A DNA stretch of 64,000 nucleotides from Ruditapes philippinarum. Lineage: Eukaryota. The position numbers and the translations under genes are program-made. The notes beneath the pieces were generated by a model. It saw only the letters and a list, made by a program, of their open reading frames with translations, ran no database searches and was not told the origin of the DNA. Position 1 is the first letter of the stretch; every line of letters starts with the position of its first letter. The stretch spans positions 1 to 64,000 of the forward strand of contig NW_026866443.1 of assembly GCF_026571515.1 (NCBI RefSeq), written 5' to 3'. Of this stretch, positions 51,696-64,000 are shown piece by piece.

Positions 51696-54600
51696 ATTCG
51701 CAGCATGTCATATTAATGAATGTAAACCGGAAAGCAGTTTTGCTGTACATGAATTCGAAAGCTACATTTATTGTACAATAATATTCGCTATGATTTATTG
51801 AGAAAAAAGGAAAAAGTTGGATACATATATTTTTATTTGCATGTTTACTGAATATACATAAGTTTATTTAGATGATAAATAAATTGTCTATGTTTTTATA
51901 ATTCAATGGATATAATAATCAACATTTATCAACATTTATCCAGGGATCTTTCCTTCTCCAGATTTTTTACATAAGTTGCTTACAAGACCCCCAAATATGT
52001 TGTCAGCGGTTTCCTAGAAGTAACAAAAAAATAAAATCGAACATATGTTTGCGAACATATAACAGTGCATTATATAAAACAGATATAATTATTTGCGCAT
52101 GTATGAATGAATTAATATAAAAATGTTTTGATCAATAGGACAGTTGATATATACACAGATTTTTATAGATGTACCTACTTACACAAAAAAGGCATATTGT
52201 GCATATAGATCTGATCTACACATGTGGAATTATGTGTCGAACAATTTCCTATGTATTTTGTAGTATATATTATTAAGCAATAGCTATGTTATTATTTGTT
52301 CAAGATTGTTAGACTTTCTGTCAATGTTAGTACAATTAAATCAACAGGCAATATCATAACAATCAAGAAATATAAAAACGGATATGCCTGGCCTTTGTAA
52401 ACTTGTTAGATCATCTTTTTGTGAAACTTGCTGTGTGGATTTTTTGTTTTCATCTATACAATGATATAATTTATATACTTATTACAGTATTTATTAAAGA
52501 TATACTGCTAAAATGCTCAGATTTGTTATTTAAAAATATTCATAATTGCTACACAGTATTTTTGTAAATATAAAAAAAAACATGTTTTGAATTCACACAA
52601 AGTACATATGCTTGGTAAAATCCTTCACACTTTAATTGGACACATATAAAATAGCCTTAATTATACTATGTTAATCGACGTCAGTTTGGAACACGGTCAT
52701 TGCGCATGTGCGCTTTCGAAACTGATTGGTGTAATTTTCTATTTAGCATATAGCTTTCAGCCATCTTTCATGTTTTTCCCTGAACAAATGCATGAGCATA
52801 TGATCCTTTTATTTCCTATATTGAATGTTCATCAAACATAATAGCGCCCTGGCTTGATTCCAAAAAGAATTGTATGATTATTATAAACCTAATATATTCT
52901 ATTGGAAGAATAGCATTTGCATTTAAATGTTCATTTATTTTTGTTTCAACAAAAAGAATCGCATGTAAGTATATCACTTTTGCTGACTTTATACTATATT
53001 ATTAAGAAAGAAAGTAAGTGAGCTGTCGTGATGTGACATTGTCTATAATATTTCAAAATGTATTTCTGTTTTTCAATAGCAATACGAGTTTAACGGTACT
53101 TTTTCTTTCTTTTTTCGTTTTGATGCAATCTTAAAGTACACAATCTGTTACAAAATCCGATGTTTAAAACACAAGTAAAATAAACTGAAGCAATCAGTGA
53201 GCTGCCGTTATGTCATTGTGATATTATCTAAAAAATTATCATGTGTTTCTTCTTCTTTTTTTAATTTTCAAAAGCAATTATGTTTACCTGTACTCTACCA
53301 TTTATTAGGTTTTTATTTTAACTTAAAGTACACATTCTGATACAAAATTTAATAAAGTATAAATGCAGGTAATTAACAAACATTTATCATTATTACCTAA
53401 ACTATTGTCATCTTCATACAACAATGAGCTGTAAATTTGTGTTTTTGAGTTTTAGGAGTATGGCTTATTGGAAGTGTATTTGCACTTGACCACAGTATGT
53501 ATATTTGTCAATGTCATTACATTTTATCTCGACATGATAATCTTTAGGTAAAATACAGTTTTATTATCATTTTCAATAATATGTCAAAATTATACTCTGA
53601 TGTTTTACTTATTTTCTACTATATTATTTATTTCATTCTATATCTTAAATAATGATCTATTGTATATATAAGGATAACGATTAATAGATTAAATGATGTG
53701 CGTACCCGTGTGCGCGCGTGTATTTGTTTTAGTAATTTAGTATTTTGTATGGAAGGCAAAATACTACTTTGTTTACATTTTGCCTCTTTTAAGTTATTTC
53801 ACATTAATTAATTTTATCCTTAGTTCATTCAAGTAACAAAAGATTTTTCATGCTATAAAACCATAGACTTACATGATCTAAAACTCGTATGTGCTAATTA
53901 AAAAGGAGTAAATATTTATTCGTTTATGAAGCTTACGTGCCTTAAAAGCAACTTTTCAATAAAGTAAACAAGTTGCACAGTGTACTATTCGCTGTCTACA
54001 AGACTGATATACCCGTCCTACTAACACTACTATTAATGTGTGAATCGGGGCAATAAAAGGTTGCATAATAAATTGTTTTCACTAGATTTTTTATTATTAT
54101 TTGTGGCTTGAGAATGTTATCTTCACTTCTGTTGTTTTTGAAGCATATTTCACATGAATTTCAAGATCTATCTGTGTTATAGGTATCCTGTTATTTTTAG
54201 AAACATTCCTAGCAAATGTCAAATGTATTGTTTATAAAGTGTTAACTAAATGTGAATCATTCTTGGCAGCAGATCGAAAAGATTATATACAAATACATTG
54301 ACATGTACAAATAATTGTTGTGCCACTCGCTGTCAACATATAATTGATCAGACAATAGATAAATATTGACTTTATTATCTGCAAGTTAAGGATTAAAGTT
54401 TTGAGGTTTTGGTTAAAGATTAAACTTTTGCTGTTTTGCTATTTTCATATACTCAATTATTTTACCAGGAAAGAACGAGAAGTTAAATCAAGCAAATGCT
54501 GGAGCATCCGGGCAACAAGCACAAGGGAACTCGTTGACGGACGACGAAAGACCTGCAAAGGGGTAAAAAACCTTGATGAGAAAATGTAATATTAATCAAG

Positions 54601-56421
54601 GATCATTTGCACGAATTTTACTGATGCATGAGTTTTGTTATGCAGAACAAATGTATGCACTTAATTCTGCTACTTTTATAGTTTAGCTATTTACTTTTGT
54701 TGTTTGTGTATTTTTTCATAAAGATTATGACAAAGGGGCTAGGAGAAAAAGTCTTAATCATAAGGAACACATGAATCATGTGTATTCGGTTAAGGTTCGA
54801 AATAGAGACTCAGTGAATTAAAAGCCCGATGCGGTAAGGTTTTCGTTGATTTTAAGTTTTCATTATGCAAAAATAATGATTACATACTTTTGTCATAGAT
54901 AATATTTTTATATTTTTTCAGAAAAAAAATTCGGATGTACAGTTTGGTGGTTGATATGAGAACTTTAAATGACACGTGTGTTCATATGAATTGTATGAAA
55001 TTTGAATAAAGTATTAAGACTATAATTATAATGATTTATGTCTCATTTTTATATACCATTGTATGCAGGGGAATGTTTAAGACAGAGCGTATTATCGGTT
55101 CAAACCTCTTTTTGTAAAGGTTTGTGAAAAATACAGACAAGATTTAGTTCCGTTTTAAGCAATAACAGGGTGAAATAAATCCATTACATCATAAAACAAT
55201 GATTTTGAAACATGTAATATTACGTTTTTAATATTAACATTTGGAGCTCTGGAAATGAAATCGAGACTATAAAGGTATCAAAAAATCATGCCATACCGGC
55301 CTCTCGTGGCCGTTGTCAGATGGTAAGATCTTGGCACCGTTTATTGTTGTGAAGAAGAATCTAAAATACATGCAATTGCTAAACTGCATGATGATGAAAG
55401 GTGTTAAATGCAATGGCTAATATGCAACTGAATTAAACAAACGGTAATGACACGGATGGCTCCGGACAATGGTGTTTTTTATGAAAATTCTAAGACTTTA
55501 TAAACTATAGACTACATTCAAAAAGAACAAATCATCTATCAAAATTAGGCCATGACATCCGGGCCTTTTGCTGCTGTTTTCCTTGGGTAGAAGCTTCGCG
55601 ATATATATATTGTTTTAGAGAGAAAAGAAATAAATCTAATGCAAAAGGCTAATCTGCAATTAAATCAGACGAAAAGTATCCTAAGAGTTGGCTCCAGAAA
55701 ATAGTGTTTTTCAAAAGAAAAATAATTTACATTTTATATGCAGAAGGAACGCAAATGTGATACAATAATTTTCTTTACATTTATTGTACAATTATATTCG
55801 TTATGATTTATTGAGAAAAAAGAAACAGTTGGATACATCAATTTTTATGAACTTGTTTACTGAATATATATTAGTTTTTTTAGATGATAGATAAAATGTC
55901 TATGTTTTTATTATTCAATGGGATAACAATCAACATTTATCAACATTTATCTTTACATACCTCGGCGACAATGTTATTTTGATTAATTGTTGGTTGATTG
56001 TACAACAAGCAGACGACAAAATCAACAATATCAATAGATGAATTAGAAAATAACATTTGTAATATTACTTTACTATTATACAGTCAGAGATATGCTTAAA
56101 AAATAAATATAACAGTCACTCGGAATGATAACTGAAATTCCAACCCTCTACTTTTCGTGCCCCATTTATCGCAATATTCAGATAGGATAAGAAAAGTAAA
56201 ACTTCGTGCATCGAACTTTTTGTGGCAGAAATTTCATGTTTCTATTGTGCTTTGATTGTAAGCTTCGCTAAAAATTGTTAGATTTTTGTCCGTGAAATGG
56301 TCGGAATATAGTATCGTTTTAAACAGGATTCTAAAAGCCAATTTTGTTTTTATCATCGTTCACTTTTGTAATAGAACAAAAACACACTTTGAGTCAGAAT
56401 TATACGAAAGCTTTATGTTGT

Positions 56422-57591
56422 TCAGAAATTGTAACTGTAGGTCTGTTCTTGTCGTTCATTTGCATAAACTTTCAAGTCTCGTAGTTCTATCCCACACTTT
56501 GTCTGTTCATCAAAATCACTTACAGCGCCCTCTATGTCTGCATTTTTAAAGACCGATCGCTGGTAAACGTTTAATTCATTTACATTATCAGAGTTTTGTT
56601 CCCTGTGTTCTTCAACTGTATCACAAATAGTTACTATCGCATGAGTGGTATTTCGGTCACGTACGGTGGAGCTTAAACTTGTTCGACTCCCTAAAAGACC
56701 TGTAAATAACTCTTTCAAATCTGTTCTAAAAAACTTGCCAAATATGCAATACACGATACAGTTGAATACACTGTTTAGAAAGTAACTTATAACCATTAAG
56801 TATACTGCAATATCGGATAATTCATTAAACATTTCTTCACTTATATTTATTATAAGGATAGAGTATGGCATGGTTGAAATACAATGTAACAAACTTACAC
56901 TTATGACAACTTTTGTTATGTTCCTAAGATGTCTTTGATTCGTCGAGTTTTGAAACGCTCTCCCTTTGCGCTTAAATACCTTTATCCATGTTATACAGTT
57001 ACTCGTTGATAAAAGTACGAGAGGAATTAGAAATGTAAATAGTCCATATGAAATCAAAACCATGTGATAATATGAATTTGGTAGTTCGAAAGCTTCGGAA
57101 CTGTTACCTTGAGTTATTTGTGTACACAATGTTTCAGGAGAAAATAGTTCAAAACAGTTCAGTGCGAATGAAAAAAGAACGATAAGGCATAATATCAAAT
57201 AAGACCGTCTTTCTACACTGATCTTATTCACCCGAATAGGAAAACATACACATAACGTCCGTTCAATTGCAATTGCAACCGTTATCCAGGCAGTCAGCTG
57301 AGGCAAAAATAGGTCTAAGAATAGCAGGAGCTTACATACTATAAAACTGGTTCTTAGTATATCAATGTTGGACTCGTACAACGCGTGTACCGTCCCAAGC
57401 ACCATCAATAACACCAAGTCGTTGAGAGCTAAACTCCACATATATCTGCGACAGCTTGCTGTACAGCTTCTTTTACCATATCTCCATACAATCATAGAAA
57501 TGATATTTCCAAAAGCACCAAAAACGATAATTATTATCAATAAAATAATTTTAAATTCAGACATTCTAGCAAATGTTTGTTTTTTCTTCAA
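56422..57591 (-). CDS. Class A (rhodopsin-like) GPCR with uninterrupted 7TM ORF; FMRFamide/peptide-receptor-like orphan
   Basis: Seven hydrophobic segments with TM1 GN, TM2 LAxxD, TM3 C..AIER..VCFP, TM5 FLIP, TM6 CxxxxPY and TM7 NSVFNCIVY plus helix-8 FR. The listed start is TTG; first in-frame ATG is 57564. Confidence 0.93.
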   Translation of the reverse strand: MKKKQTFARMSEFKIILLIIIIVFGAFGNIISMIVWRYGKRSCTASCRRYMWSLALNDLVLLMVLGTVHALYESNIDILRTSFIVCKLLLFLDLFLPQLTAWITVAIAIERTLCVCFPIRVNKISVERRSYLILCLIVLFSFALNCFELFSPETLCTQITQGNSSEAFELPNSYYHMVLISYGLFTFLIPLVLLSTSNCITWIKVFKRKGRAFQNSTNQRHLRNITKVVISVSLLHCISTMPYSILIINISEEMFNELSDIAVYLMVISYFLNSVFNCIVYCIFGKFFRTDLKELFTGLLGSRTSLSSTVRDRNTTHAIVTICDTVEEHREQNSDNVNELNVYQRSVFKNADIEGAVSDFDEQTKCGIELRDLKVYANERQEQTYSYNF

Positions 57592-57868
57592 TAAATTTGA
57601 CTTGGAATCGTTATTGTGAAATATTTCCAGAATCCCTATATGTCATTTGTATGCAAATAGTTCCTTACTTTGCAATCCCTGAAAGCTGTTTGAGCTCCGT
57701 CATTTATTTAAGTATCCACCAAGTAACAACCATTAATCATAATATACATGCACATCAAATATTCATACAGTGCCATCAAATAAATTGCATTCTTTAATTC
57801 ATGACATGCACGAGTGATTCTATTCAATGAAATATTCATTATTTCGACTGAACAAAAACATAAAAAAA

Positions 57869-57871
<3 letters not shown>

Positions 57872-57921
<50 letters not shown>
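57872..57921. repeat. (AT)n microsatellite
   Basis: About 25 perfect AT units upstream of the GPCR. Confidence 0.98.
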
Positions 57922-57925
<4 letters not shown>

Positions 57926-58716
57926 AATTATTTACTAATTGGAAATTCCAATAATTTTTCGTGCACATTTAGGGTGCGCTATAAAGTCAGTTTCATGTTT
58001 AGTTTAAATAATATTTTGTTTATAAACATTACATTTACATGATTATTGACAAAAAATAAATTGTATGGATTAAGTAGTAAGCTTGAAAAGCTTTTTAAAG
58101 AACTCTCTCCGTTTCATGTTTGTTAAGAGCTGTAAGATATGTGTCCTGTCCGTGCTCTGCCTTGCGCCCTGTCCTATTTTCGTTTGGGGTCCTCCTGGGC
58201 TCCTTGCCGCGGTTCCTTTTACTGGGTCGTGTGGGAGTTGCGTTCATTGAACGCCGCCCTTCCGTGTTGATCTTGTTTATCACTTTTTTTTTGTTCCAAT
58301 TAGATGTAGATCCCGGTGAATTTCTTAGTATGTTCCAAAACCATTTGCTTTAGGCTACGAATTTTAATGGGAAACATGTATGATAATTGATAAAAGAACT
58401 GGTATCAAAACTATCAAAGTTAAATATATCTTAAAGCAAATTGCGACCTTATTTTCTGTTGTTGTTGTTAAGTGGATTAGAACGGCCGCCCAACTATATC
58501 CGATGAAGTACCAGCTTATACGGTCTATTTTATGCAATCACTTAAATGGAGTTCAATAATCTTTGACAAACGTGTGGGCGAAAAACAGTCAATTCATCAT
58601 TGGTCTTTGATATTTATAAATTATATTGGTTGCATACAAGATAGAAATTATATGAAAACATAATCAAAATTCCGCATATCTGCCCACAAGCCACTTATTG
58701 AAATAGGAGACATACA

Positions 58717-59741
58717 AACAAGAGCTGTCACAGGAGACAGCGAAGCTCGACTAATAAAATACTGGACGCAGTAAGGAGGACAAAACTATGAAAGAAAAAT
58801 CAATTATGTATAATTATGTATTAAGTTATAGTAAAAAATAATATTTGTTAACATAAATTCCAAGATCAAGGGGAATAATTCTAGAAATAGTCATGTTAGA
58901 GTTATGGACCTTGTCACACAACATTTGTGTAATGATAAGAAATATATATTTGAAGTTTGAAGTAGATACCTTAAAAAGTAAAGAAGTTATTATATTTCTT
59001 AAAGAAAATCCTAAGTTCAAAGAGAGATAAATCTGTAAATATTGCTTCAAGAGTTATGAACATTGTCACATAAAATGTAATTGATGATAAGGAATAAGTA
59101 TTTGAAGTTTGAGGTAGATACCTATAAAAATAAAAAAGTTATAATAAAAAATAACATTTTTCTAGTAAAAAAATCTAAGTTTATTGGGAGATAATTCTTG
59201 CAATATTGGTGCTAGAGTTATGAACCTTGTCACATAAGATGTGGATGATGATAACGTAAATATATTTGAAGTATGAGGTTGATCCCTTAAGAAATAAAGA
59301 AGAAACAGTAAGAAATAGTACTTTTTGAGGAAAATTTCAAGGGGAGATAAATCTGAAAATATTGGTGCTAGAGTTATGAACCTTGTCACATAAGATGGTG
59401 ATGATTATAAGGTACATATATTTGAAGTATGAGGTTGATCCCTTAAGAAATAAAGAAGTAACATTAAAAAATAGTATTTTTTAAGGAAAATTCTAAGTTC
59501 AACGGGAGATAAATCTGAAAATATTGGTGCTAGAGTTATGAACATTGTCACATAAGATGTGGTTGATGATAAGGAACATATATTTGAAGTTTGAAGTTGA
59601 TACCTTAAGAAATGACAAAGTTATAGTGGAAAATATTTTACTGCACCAAAACTTTAATCTGAAATCTGGACGCGGACGCGGACGCCGACGCCGGGGCGAG
59701 TAGGACAGCTCTCCATATACTTCGTATAGTCGAGCTAAAAA
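58717..59741 (+). mobile_element. HINE/pearl-like non-autonomous element with internal ~160-bp tandem repeats
   Basis: 5' AACAAGAGCTGTC..GACAGC..GCTCGACTA; repeated GAGTTATGAACCTTGTCACA units; GGACGC microsatellite; 3' hairpin then TAGTCGAGCTAAAA, inverted to the 5' subterminal motif. Confidence 0.85.
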
Positions 59742-61865
59742 TTGCATGATCAGTGGCGTTTTAAGTCCTGTATCAAGAACCCAGTTGAATGACTTTTTGA
59801 TTGTGTGTCCAAGATGAAGAGTGCTTGGAAAAGAAAAATAAAGGCCCTTAGAGATATTTAAATCTATACTAAATTTTAAATAAAAAGCGAAGCTAAATTA
59901 TCTTTTGAAGTGTTTGTATTTTTAAACAAGATATAGAGTGCTTTGAAAAAAAGCTTTTTAAAGGGATAATTAATTGGTTCTATACAAAATTCTAACAAAA
60001 AAATATAGCTAGATTATTTTTAAAGCGTTTTTATTTTGCTAATGAAGAGAACATGTCTGAATGAGATACTATTTATAAAACAATTTAGTAATTAGTGCAA
60101 CCTATTTTTCCTACTACCATAAGACATTCCAGGAAATAGTATACATAGTTATATTTTCCCATTACATGTCTAATCTCATTTCATAATTGTATTGTATGTT
60201 TTTTTTTCTATGAGCATTGAACAATATTGGTTTATTTGGTATAAAAGTGCTTGTATTGATTAAAACACCTCAAGTTTTGAAATTGATTACTGCTATAGAA
60301 GCAGCTGTAGGTACAACTAATGTTGCGGTCGTCAATATGGTTTTCAAACTGACTTATCATTAGCGAGTGCTTATTATATATCCAAAGGTTATGAAACATT
60401 TTACTGTACAATACGGGAATATATTTGGACGAGTACACATCTAGAGAAATCATATTGGACGAGCCGCGAGGCTAGTCTAATATAATTTCTAAAGCTATGT
60501 ACGAATTCAAATAGATAACAATTATAATAAGTTTGAGAAGAAGCAAATCTTGCCAAAAGACAATGAAATGATATGTGGCTCTTTCAATAGTTGTGACAGG
60601 ACCAAATCAAAATTACATACCATGCAATTTTATCAAAAACTGTAACGATAAAAATGTACTTGTAAGGAAATCACATATATCTATGGGGGGCAGGAATGTA
60701 AACTTATTACTTTTATAATCGAACAGAGGCAATTAACTGTAAAAATTTGCCCGGTTTTTTACCTCCATCACTTTAAGTGTTGAAAATTGAGTACCGCTCC
60801 ATTCGATGTTAGGGTGCATGAGGGATGTTGCACTTTATTATCCCTAATGTACATACTCAGTCATACAGTCTGCAATTTCCATGTGATCGATTTTTGTGAT
60901 TTATTTATGGTGCTTGGGATCATTATTTCCAGCATGTTAGTGTTGAAGAATGAATACCCATCAAGCCGGTGATAGGGGCATGAGGGATGTTGCATTTTTA
61001 CATCAATTCTTCCGATGGATCGCCTCTTTTCCAACATTCTGTACTTTACAAAATTGTGCGTACTTTACATCAGTTTTGCTATATTTCCCTGCTCCTTCGG
61101 GATCACTGATTCCATCATGCAAGTGTTGAAAATTGAATACCGCTTTAGCCGGTGCTTGGGGGCATATGTGCTGTTGCACTTTTGCAGTATCTAACGAAAG
61201 TGTTGAAAATTAAATCAAACCAAGTCTGCAGTTTTCATTTAATATTATTGTTGTCATTGCTTCCGATGGATCTCTACTTTTTCAGTTTGTTTTTTTATCT
61301 GTTCATACATGTATGTGCTTTTGTTCATCGTCTTCGGAAATATTTCATGATAATTTTTCTGTTTTTACTGTGATTTTATCACATATTTGATCATATCTCA
61401 GCGGATTGTCAACGTTACCGGTTTTCACGGATAGCTAAACAGTGATTACAAGTGATTTTCTTCCAAAAAATGCATGATACACCACATGTTTTTATGCCCC
61501 AACCACTTAAGGGTAGAGGGAGTCATGTAAAATTTCCTTTGTTATACGTCACTAGACAGTGGAGTGTGGGGGCATCCATGTCCTATGGACACATTTCTAT
61601 TCTGGTGTGAAAGAATATATATGTATGCCTCCTTTTTGTAAAGTTCTTAGTATAAAAAGTTATGTGATTTTAATTGTACACATGTCACTGTGATTCATCA
61701 AAAGCTTTATAAGCATTGAGCAATAAATATACGTATATTAGTGTATTATTGATGATGTCCGATAAATCCATCAGTATTGTTGGCACCATTATTCTCTAGG
61801 ACTATTGCACAAACAATAAACTACATGATCTGGCTAGGCAAATAAAAAGCTAAAAGATTAATCTA

Positions 61866-62676
61866 ACAAGAGGGCCATGATGGCCCTAAAATCGCTCACC
61901 TGTATAAAGGCCCCTGGGCCAAGGCCAATTTTAAACCAAGCGCTTTTATTTGAACAAACTTGGTAGACACTCAGAAGAAGATATTTCTTGATAAGTATCT
62001 AAACTTTAGCTCTTTTGGGTTTTTATAAATAGATTTTTTAGCTTTTACAATACACAAACAAGGAAAATCAATGACACCCGGGGCGGAGCTAATTTTAACC
62101 CAAGGGCCCTTATTTGAACAAACTTGGTAGACACCCATTAGAAAATGTTTCATGCTAAATTTCTTGTCTCTAGCTCTTTGGGGTTTTTAAAAGTTTTTAC
62201 TATATACATATAAAGGGGAAAACAATGACCTCCTGGGGCGGGGCCAATTTTTACCCCAGGGCTTTTATTTGAACAAACTTGGTTAGATTTTTCAAGTTTT
62301 TACTATATACAAATAAGGAAAATCAATGACCCCCGGGGCGGAGCCAATTTTGTCCCGAGGGCATTAATTTGAACAAACTTGGTAGACACTGACAAGATAA
62401 TGTTTCGTGCCAAATATTTAAGCTCTAGCTCTTTTGGTTTTCTAAAAGAAGATATTTTAATTTTTTTTTCTTTCGGTTGCCATGGCAACCACAGTTCTGC
62501 TTGGAATTAAATTCTTTGAACAACTTTTAAAGTTGACTACCAAAGGAACATTCCTGTAAAGTTTGGATGAAATTGGCTTAGCGGTTTATGAGGAGATGTC
62601 GATTAAAGTAAAAGTTTACGGACGGACGCCCACAAAAGCTCACCATGTCACTTTGTGACAGGTGAGCTAAAAAAAC
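61866..62676 (+). mobile_element. HINE/pearl-like element, second family
   Basis: 5' AACAAGAGGGCCATGATGGCCCT..GCTCACCTG; internal tandem units; GACG repeats; 3' TGTCAC-TTT-GTGACA hairpin and CAGGTGAGCTAAAAA. Confidence 0.85.
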
Positions 62677-63349
62677 ACACCAGAAAACATAGGGGTAGTG
62701 GGGAGAAAATATCTGATTTTTTAATGCATTGGCATAAGTCTGTTCAAAATATAGGAACAAAAGTACAACATCTCTCACATCCCCATGAAACGGCTTAAGC
62801 AGTGCTTAACATTAAAAAAAGGATGATATCATCCCTAAGGCCCAGAAAAAATATAACAACAACCAGATGAGTTACATTATAAGTTATATTTTATGATTTA
62901 ATAAATATTTCTTCTATACAAATAGAATAAATATAATATCTTATGTACATCTATACATGTTAATAACACAAAATAATAAAGTACAAAAACAGATATTCTT
63001 CAACTTGAGTTCTTGTTGTTTTTCTTTTCTTCTTTGTTAACATGTCTTTAATTAATCTGCAAAAACTTGGTTATATCTACATTGAATTTGGAACAATCCA
63101 TTTAAAGTCTGAGGGATTTCAATATCAAAGTACAAAAATTGAGCTATAGATTGTAAAGTGCCTGGTCAGACTTCAGGATGTGGAGGTGACCTGGCTCCAT
63201 ACTGGTGGCAAAGTCTAATTACTTTAAGACCCAGCAAGTTATGGGCTAAGTGGCGGTCTGCAGGGGAGGGAAAATCTGTATTGCTTGAGTTGTTCCACAG
63301 CCTGTTTGGACAAGTGAAAATATACTATAAACAAGATTGCATTTGAGAA

Positions 63350-64000
63350 AAATGCTATGCCACCGCATTAATACCTAAGCTCTAGGCCTTTTGGGCATTT
63401 ACAAGAAGGTATTTTAAGTTTTTGAAGCCTTGTACCTTGTACCTACAGACAATAAGATTTTTTTATTTTTTACTATATGTATATATTGAAAATCAATGAC
63501 CCCCGGGGCGGGGGCAATTTTGACCCCAGGGCTATAATTTGAACAATCTTGCTAGAGGTTCACTACACAATGTTTCATGCAAAATATCTAACCTCTAGCA
63601 TTTGTCAATTGCTAGAAGAAATTTTTTTAAAGTTTTTACTATATACATATAACGAAAACCAATGACCCCCGGGGCAGGGCCGATTTTGACCCCAGGGCTA
63701 TAATTTGAACAATCTGGGTAGAGGTCTACAACACAATGCCTTATGCTCTAGGCCTTTTGGGTCTTTACAAGTAGGTATTTAAAGTTTTAACTATATGTAC
63801 ATATAGTGAAAATCAATGACCCCGGGGCGGGGCCGATTTTGACCCTAGGGCTATAATTTGAACAATCTTGGTAGAGGTCTACCAGGCAATGCCTTATGCA
63901 AAATATCTAAGCTCTAGGCTATTTGGGTCTTTACAATAAGGTATTTTAAGTTTTTACTATATGTACATATAGTGAAAATCAATGACCCGGGGCAGGGCCG
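63350..64000 (+). repeat. ~150-165-bp tandem repeat of the same family, running off the window
   Basis: AATGACCCC(C)GGGGC.GGG..ATTTTGACCC.AGGGCTATAATTTGAACAATCT at ~63496, 63661, 63815, 63981. Confidence 0.9.

Larger units (their letters stand above)
46367..56668 (+). repeat. ~5-kb tandem duplication (46367-51695 vs 51972-56668)
   Basis: 47668-51695 is near-identical to 52661-56668. The 5' ~620 bp are more diverged, and the second copy lacks ~46990-47665. Confidence 0.95.

Noticed and set aside
58095-58353. GC-richer ORFs here and at 7384-7708
   Set aside because: No motifs or splice support; 7470-7605 is an insertion relative to its paralog, so these are probably TE fragments.

Overview
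AT-rich eukaryotic DNA; the SINE, HINE-type elements and LINE style suggest a bivalve mollusc (inference). The ORF track misses the main genic signal, a tandem array of three 3-exon genes on + (ATG at 5583, 21368, 26940). Each has a TATA box at -30 from an Inr-like site, a conserved 23-aa signal-peptide exon, a hypervariable Pro/Ala/Glu-rich second exon and a non-coding last exon. They lie in mosaic segmental duplications that also carry a repeated 42-nt AG...GT-bounded, micro-exon-like module; a fourth duplicated unit has lost its gene. Next come a near full-length but disrupted LINE whose ORF1 has a 2A/StopGo motif (DVESNPGP), an ~82-bp satellite and a GC-rich fold-back segment (44870-45027). 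A ~5-kb duplication holds a possible neuropeptide-like precursor and the 3' end of a class A GPCR, whose full ORF is at 56422-57591 (-). There are many non-autonomous DNA elements, including one with CACGGTG ends and a 5-bp TSD (Transib/RAG-like signature). All calls were made by eye; no searches were run.
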